In this document: piece after piece, positions 11,729 through 22,594 of the stretch
Position numbering within the stretch: position 1 is the stretch's first letter
Layout of the letters: each line of letters starts with the position of its first letter
Source: an uncultured Gammaproteobacteria bacterium
GTDB taxonomy: Bacteria > Pseudomonadota > Gammaproteobacteria > Nevskiales > Nevskiaceae
Assembly (NCBI GenBank): GCA_963807375.1
Contig: CAWEBP010000002.1
Span: 265,856-329,855 of the forward strand
DNA length: 64,000 bases
Direction: 5' to 3'
Notes under the pieces: generated by a model
Told to the model about the DNA's origin: nothing
Databases searched by the model: none
Seen by the model: only the letters and a program-made list of their open reading frames with translations
Made by a program: the position numbers and the translations under genes

Positions 11729-12503
11729 TCAATTCCGCATCCGGTAGCCGGTCACCAGCATCCACAGGCAGACGCTGGATGCCGCCACGAAGAAACCGCC
11801 GACACCACAGCAGGCTGATGCCGATCGGCGCGTCGGCCACGCCGAAGAAGCCGTAGCGGAAGCCGTCGATCATGTAGAAGAACGGGTTCAGGTGCGAAGC
11901 CTCGAACCAGAACTCCGGCAGCGAGTGCACCGAGTAGAACACGCCGGACAGGAACGACAGCGGCGTGATGAAGAAATTGGTGAACGCGGCCAGGTGGTCG
12001 AATTTCTGCGCGACAATGCCGGCGATCAGCCCGAAGACCGCGAGGCTGCCGCCGGCCAGCAGGAACATCGCCAGCAGCGCGCCGATGGCGCATGCAGCGG
12101 CAAGGGCACGAACGGCAGCGTCACCGCCAGCATGGCGACCGCCACGATGGCGCGCGCACCAGGGCCGCGCAGAACGTAGGCGGCAAACCATTCGAACGCG
12201 CCCGAGCGGCGCCATCAGCAGGAACACGAGGTTGCCCATGACCTTGGACTGGATCAGCGAGGAGCTGGTGTTGGCGAACGCGTTCTGGATGATGGTCATC
12301 ATCACCAGGCCCGGCACCAGGAATTCGGTGTAGCTGACGCCGTCGTAGACCGCGGCGCGGCCCTGCATCGCCTGCGCGAACACCAGCAGGTACAGCAGCG
12401 CGGTGATCACCGGCGCGGTGACGGTCTGGCCCAGCACGGCCCAGAAGCGCATGACTTCTTTCTTCAGCAGGGTGAAGAAACCCGAGCCTGTGTTGTGCGA
12501 ATC
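11729..12503 (-). pseudogene. ABC-2 type transporter permease (YadH-like), frameshifted; 5' boundary approximate
   Basis: FFTLLKKEVMRFWAVLGQTV..NPFFYMIDGFRYGFFGV. The true C-terminus VGGFFVAASSVCLWMLVTGYRMRN-stop (TGA at 11729-11731) is in a different frame from track ORF 11694-12605. An Arg-rich out-of-frame stretch in the middle indicates further indels. Confidence 0.75.
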
Positions 12504-13402
12504 ACGGGTCAGCTCCACAAAGATGTCTTCCAGCGTCGGCTCACGCGTCTGGATGTCTTCGACGGCACACGCCCGCGGCGCGCAAGGCTTCGAGGACGGC
12601 GCCAATCGGGTGGGTGTGCGTGGGCAGCTTCAGTTCCACCAGCGCCGTTCTTTTCGCTGACCTGCAGCGCCTGCAGCGCTAGAAGGCAGGCCCCGGAACC
12701 CAGCCGCAGGCTCAGGAAGCGAAACGGATGGCGTGCGATCAGGTCGCGCGTCGTCTCCAGGGCCTGCAGCTCGCCGTGATCGAGAATCGCGATGCGCTCG
12801 CACAGGTCCTGCGCCTCTTCCAGATAGTGCGTCGTCAGCACCACGGTCGTGCCGCCGGCATGCAGTTCGCGCATGAAGCTCCACAGCGTGCGGCGCAGCT
12901 CCACGTCCACGCCCGCGGTCGGCTCGTCGAGGATCACCACCGGCGGCTTGTGCACCAGCGCCTGCGCGATCAGCACGCGGCGCTTCATGCCGCCCGACAG
13001 GGTGCGCATCATCGCTTTGCGCTTGTCGGCCAGTTCGAGCTGCTCGAGCAGGTGGTCGATCCACGGCCAGGACGCCTTGCCGCAGCCGTAGTAGCCGGCC
13101 TGGATGCGCAGCATTTCGGCGACCTTGAAGAACGGGTCGAACACCAGCTCCTGCGGCACCACGCCGATGTTCTTGCGCGCCGAGCGCCAGTCGCGCACCG
13201 TGTCGTGGCCGAGCACGGTGATCCCGCCCGCGTCCAGCCGGATCAGGCCGGCGATGAGATTGATCAGCGTGGATTTGCCGGCGCCATTGGGCCCGAGCAG
13301 GCCGAAGAACTCGCCGCGGCGAATGGAAAAATCCACGCCGTCCAGCGCCAGGGTTTTGCCGTAGGATTTGCGGACGCCTGTAATTTCTATCGCTGCATTC
13401 AT
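12504..13402 (-). pseudogene. ABC transporter ATP-binding protein (YadG-like), 3' part frameshifted; 3' boundary approximate
   Basis: Walker A GPNGAGKST, signature LSGGMKRR, Walker B VVILDEPTAGVD. The C-terminal EDIQTREPTLEDIFVELT lies in the frame of ORF 11694-12605, not of ORF 12509-13402. Confidence 0.8.
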
Positions 13403-13419
13403 TCAGCGGCGAATTCTAA

Positions 13420-14550
13420 TTGAAGACCCACCGACCAATACACAAACAGTTTGCCGCCGATGCGCTGACCGAGATTTTTGCGCTCAAACGCCCGGCGGAT
13501 GCGATCTTGCAGGACCTGTTTCGCAGCAAAAAGCAGATGGGGGGCAAGGACCGCGCCGCCGTCAGCACGATGGTTTACGGCGTGCTGCGCAATATCTTCG
13601 TGCTGAGGTCTCAAGGCGGCAATGCGGCGCCGGAGCTGATTGAAGCACTGCTCAGCGAGGAGCCGCCGGGGGACTCCCTCCCCGTCCACGTCAAGCTCAA
13701 TCTGCCGGATTGGCTCTACGACTCGCTCGTGCGCCAGCACGGCGAGGCTCAAACCGCACCCCTGGCGTTGGCCCTGAATCAACCCGGCACGGTTGATTTG
13801 CGCGTGAATACACTCAAGGCCACGCGCGAGCAGGTGATTGCCGCGCTCGCGCAGGCACAGATTCCTGCGGCCCCAACGCCCCGCTCGCCCGTGGGCGTGA
13901 GATTACTCAAACGCGGGGCGTTGCAAGCCACCGCCGCATTTCGCGAGGGCTGGATCGAGCCACAGGACGAAGGCAGCCAGTTGCTCGCCTTGCATGTGGA
14001 CGCCAAACCCGGCGAAACCGTGGTGGATTTCTGCGCCGGCGGTGGCGGCAAAACGCTGGCGCTGGCGGCGCAGATGCAGAATCGAGGCGCGCTCTACGCC
14101 TGCGACACGCGCCGCACCAGTCTCGAAAAGCTGCGGTTGCGCGCACTCCGTGCAGGCGCGCCGATCGCCGACCTGCTGACGCTGCGCGACGCCCACGACC
14201 CGGCACTCAAACGGTTGCACGAAAAAGCCGACGCCGTCCTGGTAGATGCACCGTGTACCGGCAGCGGCACGCTGCGGCGCAATCCGGAACGCCGCTTGCA
14301 GGCCCCCGACCTTGCCGCGCTCACCGCGCTGCAAGTCACCATTCTCGAAGGCGCCAGCCGCTTGCTGAACAAGAACGGCCGGCTGATCTACGCCACCTGC
14401 AGCCTGCTGCGGGAAGAAAACGAGGAAGTGATCGAGCGATTTTTGAAAAAGCATCCCGGTTTCGCCGCCGCTCCGCAGCCCCTGCAACTGCTGCCGCACC
14501 GCGACGGCACCGATGGTTTTTTCGCCCACACCCTTACAATACGTCGGTGA
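13420..14550 (+). CDS. RsmB/NOP-family SAM-dependent RNA (cytosine-C5) methyltransferase
   Basis: 376 aa (TTG start). FCAGGGGKT, DAPCTGSGTLRRNPE, LIYATCSLLREENEEV. Confidence 0.8.
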   Translation: MKTHRPIHKQFAADALTEIFALKRPADAILQDLFRSKKQMGGKDRAAVSTMVYGVLRNIFVLRSQGGNAAPELIEALLSEEPPGDSLPVHVKLNLPDWLYDSLVRQHGEAQTAPLALALNQPGTVDLRVNTLKATREQVIAALAQAQIPAAPTPRSPVGVRLLKRGALQATAAFREGWIEPQDEGSQLLALHVDAKPGETVVDFCAGGGGKTLALAAQMQNRGALYACDTRRTSLEKLRLRALRAGAPIADLLTLRDAHDPALKRLHEKADAVLVDAPCTGSGTLRRNPERRLQAPDLAALTALQVTILEGASRLLNKNGRLIYATCSLLREENEEVIERFLKKHPGFAAAPQPLQLLPHRDGTDGFFAHTLTIRR

Positions 14551-15521
14551 ATCAAAAATCCCTGCTGGCCTCTGGCCGCCGCACGCTCGAAATCGAGCGC
14601 GATGCGCTCAGTGCGCTGCTGCCCCGCGTCAATGCCGACTTTGCGCGCGCCTGCGAATTGCTGCTCAAGTGCGCAGGCCGCGTCATCGTCATCGGCATGG
14701 GCAAGAGCGGACATGTCGGCGGCAAGATCGCGGCCACCCTGGCCTCGACCGGCACGCCGGCGTTTTTCGTGCACCCGGGCGAGGCTTCGCACGGCGACCT
14801 CGGCATGGTCACGCGCGGCGACGCGGTGATCGCGCTATCGAATTCCGGCGAAACGCCCGAGGTACTGACGATCCTGCCGCTGATCAAGCGCATGGGCGTG
14901 CCGCTGGTGTCACTGACGGGCAAGCCCGGCTCGACGCTGGCCAAGGCCGCCGATGTTCATCTGGATGTTTCGGTGCCGCTCGAAGCCTGTCCGCTCAATC
15001 TCGCACCGACCGCGAGCACCACCGCGACGCTGGCGATGGGCGATGCGCTGGCGGTGGCCCTGCTCGAAGCGCGCGGCTTTTCGCCGAGAAGATTTCGCGC
15101 TGACCCACCCGGGCGGCACACTGGGCAAGCGCCTGCTGCTGAAGAGTCGGCGACCTCATGCACCTGGGCCACCGGATCCCCAAAGTCTCCGCGCCGACGC
15201 CCCTGATGCAGGCGTTGCTGGAGATGACGCGCAAGGGCCTTGGCATGACCGCGATCGTCGACGCCAACGACAAAGTGCTCGGCGTCTACACCGACGGCGA
15301 CCTGCGCCGTACGCTCGATCAGGGCGTGGATGTGCGCAAGGCCAGAATCCGCGACGTCATGACTCGCGGCGGCAAGACCGCTGCGCGCCGACCAGCTCGC
15401 CGCCGAGGCGGTGCAGGTGATGGAAAAACACAAGATCACCGCGCTGCTGGTCACCGACGCCAAAGGAAAACTCGCGGGGGTGATCCACATGCACGACCTG
15501 ATGCGCGCGGGGGTCGTTTGA
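14547..15521 (+). pseudogene. kdsD: arabinose-5-phosphate isomerase (KdsD/KpsF), frameshifted
   Basis: SIS domain VIVIGMGKSGHVGGKIAATLASTGTPAFFVHP..ISNSGET, then HPGGTLGKRLL and CBS pair ..ITALLVTDAKGKLAGVIHMHDLMRAGVV-stop in other frames (ORFs 14253-15206, 14953-15420, 15158-15787). The GTG overlaps the upstream TGA. Confidence 0.85.
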
Positions 15522-16033
15522 AATCGCAGAAGCTCGGCGCCGCGGCGCTTCGCCAGCGCGCGCAAGAAGATCCGCTGCCTGTTTCTCGACATCGACGGCG
15601 TGATGACCGACTGCAAGCTCTACTTGACGCCCGACGGCGAAGAACTCAAGGCGGTCAACGTCAAGGACGGCTTCGGCATCAAGATGCTGATGAAAGCCGG
15701 CGTCGAAGTCGCCGTGATCTCGCGGCCGGCCGTCGGTGGCGATGCAAAAACGCCTCGCCGATCTGGGCGTGCGCCATGTCTATCTGAACACCGAAGAGAA
15801 GATGCCCGCGTACGAGGCCGTGCGCAAGACGCTCGGGCTGCGTCGACGAGCAATGCGCGCACATGGGCGACGACGTGCCGGACCTGCCGTTGTTTGCCTG
15901 CGTGGGCCTGGCACTCACGGTGGCCGACGCCCACCCCACGGCCAAGGCGGCAGTGCATTGGGTCAGCCAGTATCGTGGCGGCGACGGTGCGATTCGCGAG
16001 GCGGCTGACCTGATCCTGGCCAGCCAGTCATGA
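15518..16033 (+). pseudogene. kdsC: KDO 8-phosphate phosphatase, frameshifted
   Basis: [33 protein letters not shown] / [12 protein letters not shown] / [20 protein letters not shown], spread over ORFs 15158-15787, 15600-16013 and 15736-16008. Confidence 0.8.
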
Positions 16034-16587
16034 AGCGACAGGCCGTTTGGCTGATTCCGCTGGGACTGATCGTCGCCCTGGGCCTGTGGCTCGCGCGCCA
16101 GCCTGAATCACCGGCAGCAGAAACCATCGCTTCGCGGCCGGCCTCGGTGCCGCGCTATGCGCTGACCGGCGTCAACTGGCTGCGCTATGACAGCAAGGGC
16201 AAGCCGCAATTCCGCGCGCAGGCGGCGCAGATCGATTTCTACGACGACACTTCTGCCAAGTTGCAGACATTGAGCCTCGACGCGCTCGGCGGACTCGATT
16301 CGCCGTGGCGTTTCAATGCGCCTTCGGGATACCTGCCGCCGCGCCAGAAGCGCCTGCGGCTCGATGGCCCGGTCGCCGGCCAAGGGCGGATGGCAAACGG
16401 CGACACCGTGCAATTGTCCGCCGGACACCTGTGGGTGGACTCCGCACGGCGTGAAATTTCCACCGATGCGGGCGTGAAGGTCGAAGCGCCGCGGCGCCAG
16501 GCCCAGGCGCAGGGATTGCGCACCGATTTCGGTGCCAAGCGCATTGAATTGCGCGGCAAGGTGCAGGCCCGCTATGCGCCAAAGTAA
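16030..16587 (+). CDS. lptC: LPS export system protein LptC
   Basis: 185 aa with an N-terminal membrane anchor. Position between kdsC and lptA. ATGA overlap with the kdsC stop. Confidence 0.75.
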   Translation: MKRQAVWLIPLGLIVALGLWLARQPESPAAETIASRPASVPRYALTGVNWLRYDSKGKPQFRAQAAQIDFYDDTSAKLQTLSLDALGGLDSPWRFNAPSGYLPPRQKRLRLDGPVAGQGRMANGDTVQLSAGHLWVDSARREISTDAGVKVEAPRRQAQAQGLRTDFGAKRIELRGKVQARYAPK

Positions 16588-17143
16588 TTTTCTGCTGTTC
16601 CTGATGATCCTCGCGGCGCCGGCCGGCGCGGCCGACCTGGTGCAGAAGTTTCTCGGCGAACAGGCGCAAAAACCCATGACCCTGTCGGCGGATCGCGCCG
16701 AATGGCGCAATGACGGCGTGATGGTGTACGAAGGCGGGGTACAGCTGGTTTCGGGGAGCTTGAGCCTGAATGGCAGCCGGGTCGAGGTGCGCCAGATGTT
16801 GGCGGGCCAGTATCAGGCGCAGGTGCTGGGTGAGCCGGCACGGATGACCCACGCCGCCCAGAGCTCGTCGCCGGAAGTCACCGCGCAATCCAACACCCTG
16901 TTCCTGGATTCAAAAGCCGGCGTCGTGGAACTGAGCGGCGACGCGCAACTGCTGCGCGGGGCCGAATCGCTGAGCGGCGACAACATCAAGTACGACCTCA
17001 ACGGCCGCCGGATCCGCGCGGCCGCCAAAGCCGGCGCCGGCCGCGTGCGCATGGAACTGCCCGGGTCGGTGATCGCCCCGTTGCCGCAACCGGCCAGCAG
17101 GGATGGCAGACGCCGCAGCCGGCGGCAAGACCCCGGAGTCCCC

Positions 17144-17147
<4 letters not shown>
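16574..17147 (+). pseudogene. lptA: LPS transport periplasmic protein LptA; 3' end frameshifted, so the track ORF runs on into lptB
   Basis: Signal peptide [20 protein letters not shown]. OstA-like repeats (LSADRAEW.., VYEGGVQL.., [10 protein letters not shown]). A frame change near 17105 restores ..[16 protein letters not shown], which overlaps the lptB ATG (ATGA at 17144-17147). Confidence 0.75.
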
Positions 17148-17877
<730 letters not shown>

Positions 17878-17891
17878 ATCGGCGCAGTTTG

Positions 17892-17942
17892 TTGACGCCG
17901 ATTTATGGACCGATTCCGGGCGGGCGCAGCGCGCATCGGGAT
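17892..17942. repeat. GC-rich companion hairpin repeat, copy 2
   Basis: TTGACGCCGATTTATGGACCGATTCCGGGCGGGCGCAGCGCGCATCGGGAT, just after the lptB stop. Separated from element copy B by a 52-nt insert. Confidence 0.7.
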
Positions 17943-17994
17943 TCCAACCGCCATAGATGAGGGTAGTACCGCGAGAGGCAGGATGCCGTAACAA

Positions 17995-18118
17995 CCACCC
18001 GCTTGAGGCGTTTTTTGGCCTCAAAACACCGGATTCGAAAAAATCATCGGTACACTTTTAGTACCACTGTTTTTAGTAGGCGGGCTCACAGCACTCCAAA
18101 AACACCACAAGCGGGTGC
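17995..18118. repeat. 123-bp intergenic element, copy B (124 bp)
   Basis: CCACCCGCTTGA ... CGGTAC-ACTTTTA-GTACCAC ... CAAGCGGGTGC. Between lptB and rpoN. Confidence 0.85.
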
Positions 18119-18205
18119 CACAAAAAAACAGCCTTCGTAATTAACATGCAATTTTCATACCGGCGTACACTAATCGTCCAATAGCCACGCAGGCTTTCAA
18201 AGGCA

Positions 18206-19690
18206 GTGAAGCAATCTTTAGGGCTGAAGATGGGGGTCGGCCTGACCATGACCCCGGCCCTGCAGCAGGCGATCCGCCTGCTGCAGCTGTCGAGCCTTGA
18301 TCTGCAGGCGGAAATCCAGCAGGCGCTGGATTCCAACGTGATGCTCGAACTCGAAGAAACAGAACCGGAACCCGCCACCGAACCCGCCAGCGATACGCCG
18401 ACCGTTGACGCCGCTGAAGATTCAACCGAAGACGTGTTCTCGGCCGCCGACAGCGAAACGGATTTGCGCGCCACCGAGATACCGGAAGAAATGCCGGTCG
18501 ACGCCGAGTGGTCGGACACCTACGACACGGCCGACAAGACTTCGGCCGCGACCAGCAACAACAGCAGCGACGAGGAGCTTCACGACCTGCGCCAGGCGAA
18601 CCTGCACAGCGGCACCTCGTTGCAGGACCACCTCGCCTGGCAGGCGCGGCTGGCGCCGCTCGGCGAATGGCAGCGTGAAGTGGCCTCGCACCTGATCGAC
18701 AGCATCAATGAGGACGGCTATCTCGAAAACTGGGACGACGCTTGTGCCCATTTTGAGGGCGCCATGGGTCTCGTCCGCGAGCAGATGGAACGCGTGTTGC
18801 GCGTGGTGCAGGACTTCGATCCGCCGGGCGTCGGGGCGCGGAATCTTGCCGAATGCCTGGAATTGCAGTTGCGCCAGCTGCCCGCGTCAACCCAGCGCAC
18901 GCTGGCACTGCGCGTGATCCGGGATCACCTGCCGCTGCTGGCGCAGCGCGACGCGGGTGTGATCCGGCAGGCGCTGGCGAGCACTCTGGAGGACGCCGAA
19001 GCGGCGCTGGCGCTGATTCAGTCGCTGCAGCCGCATCCGGGGCGGCCCTATCAGGCGCACGAGGGCGGCTACCTGGCGCCCGACATTGTCGTGCGCAAGC
19101 ATCAGGGGCGCTGGAAGGTCGCGCTGAACCCGGAAGTCACGCCCAAGGTGCGCATCAATCCGCATTATCTTGGCATGGTCAAGCGCGCCGACAGCTCGCG
19201 CGATCAGCTGACAATGAAGCAGCACCTGGTGGAAGCGCGCTACTTCATCAGTGCCGTCGAATCCCGCAATGATACGCTGCTGCGGGTGGGTCAGACCATC
19301 GTTGAAGAACAGCGCGCTTTTCTGGAATATGGGGACGAAGCAATGCGGCCGCTGGTGCTCCGCGACATCTCGGAGAAACTCGGCGTTCATGAATCGACGG
19401 TCTCGAGGGCGACAGCGAATAAATACATGCTCACCCCACGCGGACTCTACGAACTCAAGTATTTCTTCTCCAGCCACGTGCAGACGCTGAGCGGCGGCAT
19501 CTGCTCGGCAACCGCGATCCAGGCCATGATCAAGCGGCTGGTCGGTGCGGAAGCCCCCGCGCAACCGCTGTCCGACAGCGCGCTCGCCGACCACCTGCTC
19601 AAGGATGGAATCCGGGTCGCGCGCCGCACCGTCGCCAAGTACCGGGAGGCGATGGGCATTGCGCCTTCGCACGAACGCCGCCCCACCTGA
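18206..19690 (+). CDS. rpoN: RNA polymerase sigma-54 factor
   Basis: 494 aa, GTG start. MKQSLGLKMGVGLTMTPALQQAIRLLQLS, acidic region II, HTH and RpoN box ARRTVAKYR. Confidence 0.95.
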   Translation: MKQSLGLKMGVGLTMTPALQQAIRLLQLSSLDLQAEIQQALDSNVMLELEETEPEPATEPASDTPTVDAAEDSTEDVFSAADSETDLRATEIPEEMPVDAEWSDTYDTADKTSAATSNNSSDEELHDLRQANLHSGTSLQDHLAWQARLAPLGEWQREVASHLIDSINEDGYLENWDDACAHFEGAMGLVREQMERVLRVVQDFDPPGVGARNLAECLELQLRQLPASTQRTLALRVIRDHLPLLAQRDAGVIRQALASTLEDAEAALALIQSLQPHPGRPYQAHEGGYLAPDIVVRKHQGRWKVALNPEVTPKVRINPHYLGMVKRADSSRDQLTMKQHLVEARYFISAVESRNDTLLRVGQTIVEEQRAFLEYGDEAMRPLVLRDISEKLGVHESTVSRATANKYMLTPRGLYELKYFFSSHVQTLSGGICSATAIQAMIKRLVGAEAPAQPLSDSALADHLLKDGIRVARRTVAKYREAMGIAPSHERRPT

Positions 19691-19741
19691 ACTTATTGCG
19701 CTTTACCACGGTCGCAAGACCCCACCCCGAGGAGAACACGT

Positions 19742-20062
19742 ATGAATCTCAGCATCTCCGGTCACCACGTCGACGTCACGGCCGCACTGCGCGATTACGT
19801 GCAGTCCAAGTTCAAGCGGCTCGAACGGCACTTCGACCACATCCTCAACGCCAGCGTGATCCTGTCGGTGGAAAAACTGCAACACAAGGCCGAAGCCACG
19901 CTGCACACCCGCGGCGCCGACCTGCACGCCGAGGCCGTCGAAGGCGACATGTACACGGCCATTGACCTGCTCGTCGACAAACTCGACAGCCAGACGCGCA
20001 AGTTCAAGGAAAAAATCCGCGACCACCACGCGCGCGAAAACCAGCACCACGCGGCCCAATGA
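19742..20062 (+). CDS. hpf: ribosome hibernation promoting factor (short HPF/RaiA family)
   Basis: 106 aa. MNLSISGHHVDVTAALRDYVQSKFKRLERHFD. Conserved position after rpoN. Confidence 0.9.
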   Translation: MNLSISGHHVDVTAALRDYVQSKFKRLERHFDHILNASVILSVEKLQHKAEATLHTRGADLHAEAVEGDMYTAIDLLVDKLDSQTRKFKEKIRDHHARENQHHAAQ

Positions 20063-20132
20063 GCTAACCCTGTAAAATCACGGTTCACTCATCCGCAGCC
20101 CGGCCGCAAGGCCGGGCAGTCCTGGAACACCC

Positions 20133-20576
20133 ATGAAACTTTCGTCCATTCTTACCGCCAGCCATGTCGTCGCCGGCCTGTCCGCAACCAGCAAGAAAAA
20201 AGCGCTCGAGGAACTCTCCAAGCTGCTGGCGCAAGGCGCCGGCATCGCCGAAGCCGACATCCTCAACGGCCTTGCCGCGCGCGAAAAACTCGGCAGCACG
20301 GGTTTGGGCCACGGCGTGGCGATTCCGCACGGACGCCTCGCCGGCGTCAAGAGCAGCGTCGGCGCCTTCTTGCGGCTCAAGCATCCGGTCGATTACGACG
20401 CCCATGATGGCCAGCCGGTGGACCTGATGTTCGGCCTGATCGTCCCGGCCGCCGCCACCGAAGAGCACCTCAAGCACCTGGCCGCAATCGCTGAGAAATT
20501 CTCCGACGATGCTTTCTGCAAGAACGCCCGCAGCGCGACCTCCGCATCTGCGTTGTACGACCTGGTCATCGCCTGA
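20133..20576 (+). CDS. ptsN: nitrogen-related PTS EIIA component PtsN
   Basis: 147 aa. Phospho-His region GSTGLGHGVAIPHGRL. Position after hpf. Confidence 0.85.
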   Translation: MKLSSILTASHVVAGLSATSKKKALEELSKLLAQGAGIAEADILNGLAAREKLGSTGLGHGVAIPHGRLAGVKSSVGAFLRLKHPVDYDAHDGQPVDLMFGLIVPAAATEEHLKHLAAIAEKFSDDAFCKNARSATSASALYDLVIA

Positions 20577-20605
20577 GCCCCAGCCTCACGCCCACGCAGC
20601 ACGCG

Positions 20606-21091
20606 GTGCTGGTGCGAGTCCACGGCCCCGGCGTCCTGATTCTCGGCGCCGCCGGCAGCGGCAAGAGCGCGCTGGCTCTGGAACTGGTTTCGCGCGGACA
20701 TCAGCTGGTGGCCGACGACGCGGTGGAGCTGCGGGCCGCCAACAACAGGCTGACCGGTCAGTGCCCGCGCGCCTTGCGCGGCCTTCTCGAAGTGCGCGGT
20801 CTGGGCATCCTCGATCTGCGGCGACTGTACGGCGCCCGATTCGTGCGCATGCAATCGCAAATTCATCTGGTGCTCAAGCTCAAACCGGGCGTCATCGCGT
20901 TCGATCGCCTGCGCGGCAACTACCGGCCCCTGCGCCTGCAGGGCGTCGTGCTGCCGTGTCTGAGCCTGCCGACTTCGCTGGGGCATAATTTGGCGGTGTA
21001 CACCGAAACCGCCTGCCTGCAATTACGATGGACAGGACGTCCGAGTGCGGCGACCCGGCATGGACGCCGTGCAGGGAGCCGCCGCCGATGA
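20606..21091 (+). CDS. hprK: HPr kinase/phosphorylase, short single-domain form (start uncertain)
   Basis: P-loop GAAGSGKSALALELVSRGHQLVADD, LEVRGLGILD. Only about 160 aa, so the N-terminal domain of long HprK is absent. The stop overlaps the rapZ ATG (ATGA). Confidence 0.75.
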   Translation: MLVRVHGPGVLILGAAGSGKSALALELVSRGHQLVADDAVELRAANNRLTGQCPRALRGLLEVRGLGILDLRRLYGARFVRMQSQIHLVLKLKPGVIAFDRLRGNYRPLRLQGVVLPCLSLPTSLGHNLAVYTETACLQLRWTGRPSAATRHGRRAGSRRR

Positions 21092-21940
21092 AACTGGTCA
21101 TCGTCAGCGGCCTGTCGGGCGCGGGCAAAACGGTCGCCCTTAAAGCAGTACGAAGACCTCGGCTATTACTGCATCGACAACCTGCCGCTGTCGCTGATCG
21201 GGCCGCTGGTGATGCGCGCGCTGAAAAATGAGCGCTACGCGCGTCTGGCGATCGGCATCGATGCGCGTGAAAGCGCCAGGGAGATTCGCAAGTTTCCCAA
21301 ATACCTGCAGAAACTGCGCAACAGCGGCGCGCAAACCCAGGTCGTTTTCCTCACCGCAGACGACGAAATCATCCTGCGACGCTATAGCGAGACCCGCCGG
21401 TTACACCCGGTGACCGGCGACAACCTGACGCTGGCCGACGCCATCGCGCACGAACACACACTGCTCAAGCCGATTGCCGATCTGGCCGACGTCACGCTCG
21501 ACACTTCGCACCTGAACCTGCACGAGTTGCGCGAGGAGATTCGCGCACGCCTGCCCGAGGCCGCGGCCGGTCAGCTGGCGGTGGTGCTGCAATCCTTCGG
21601 CTTCAAGAACGGCCTGCCGGACGGCGCGGATTTCGTTTTTGACGTGCGCTGCCTGCCCAACCCGCACTGGGAAAACACGCTGCGCGAGCACGACGGCCGC
21701 AACCCTCGCGTCGCCGAATACCTGGAGCGCCAGCCGAAAGTCCGCCAGATGGTGCGCGACATCAACGGTTTTCTCGGTGAATGGCTGCCACACTATCGCG
21801 AACAGGATCGTGCCTATGTCACGATCGCCATCGGCTGCACCGGCGGGCGCCACCGCTCGGTGTATATCGTCGAGAAGCTGGCCGCGTCGCTACGCGGCCG
21901 CTTTGATCCGGTAATCGTCAAACATCAGGAGTTGTCGTGA
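21088..21940 (+). pseudogene. rapZ: RNase adapter protein RapZ, one frameshift near 21147
   Basis: MKLVIVSGLSGAGKTVALK then (other frame) YEDLGYYCIDNLPLSLI...FGFKNGLP.DADFVFDVRCLPNPHW...IGCTGGRHRSV (ORF 21209-21940). Confidence 0.85.
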
Positions 21941-22326
21941 GCGTCGGAGTTCTGCTGGTGACGCATGGGCGTCTGGGCCACTACCTGCTGGAAACGCTGG
22001 GCAACATGATCGGCCCGCTGCCGCTGCCCGCCGACGTTCTGGAGATCCGCCGGGTGGCCGATCCCGACGTGCTGCTGCGCCAGGGCCGGCGCGTGATCGA
22101 GCGGCTCAACCAGGGCGCGGGCGTGCTGCTCCTGACCGATGCTTTTGGCTCCACGCCCAGCAACATCGCCACCCAGCTGTACGATCCGGGCAAGACGCGC
22201 GTGCTGGCCGGCGTCAACCTGCCGATGCTGGTGCGCATCTTCAATTACCCGAAACAGTCGCTGGAAGAAATGGCCCAGAGCGCGATCGAAGGCGGCCAGC
22301 GCGGCATTCTTTTCTGCGGCCACTGA
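21937..22326 (+). CDS. PTS EIIA component, mannose/fructose family
   Basis: 129 aa, GTG start overlapping the rapZ stop. VGVLLVTHGRLG phospho-His loop, LLLTDAFGSTPSN. Confidence 0.8.
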   Translation: MSVGVLLVTHGRLGHYLLETLGNMIGPLPLPADVLEIRRVADPDVLLRQGRRVIERLNQGAGVLLLTDAFGSTPSNIATQLYDPGKTRVLAGVNLPMLVRIFNYPKQSLEEMAQSAIEGGQRGILFCGH

Positions 22327-22327
22327 A

Positions 22328-22594
22328 ATGGAAAACACCGTGACGCTCGTCAACCACCTCGGCCTGCACGCGCGCGCGGCCGCCAAGCTGGTGCACGACC
22401 GGCCTCGCAATTCAAGGCGACATCCCGTGCGCAAGGACAGCCGCGAGGTCAGCGGCAAGAGCATCATGGGCGTGATGATGCTGGCCGCGGCCAAGGGCTC
22501 GACACTCACCCTGATCGCGGAAGGCGAAGACGCCGCGCAGGCGCTCGATGCTCTGGCGCAACTGGTGGCAGACCGCTTCGGAGAAGAGGCATGA
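22328..22594 (+). pseudogene. ptsH: phosphocarrier protein HPr, locally frameshifted (about 22390-22430)
   Basis: VTLVNHLGLHARAAAKLV (His-15 region) and GKSIMGVMMLAAAKGSTLTLIAEGEDA are in frame. The ASQFK/GDI segment between them reads in the other two frames. Confidence 0.8.

Noticed and set aside
17943-17994. The 52-nt insert between companion hairpin 2 and copy B shares ATAGATG with the flank of copy C (27878-27890) and with 2485-2495, and contains a TAGTACC half-core
   Set aside because: Only a 7-nt common word and one half-site are shared. That is insufficient to call a third repeat family or a binding site.
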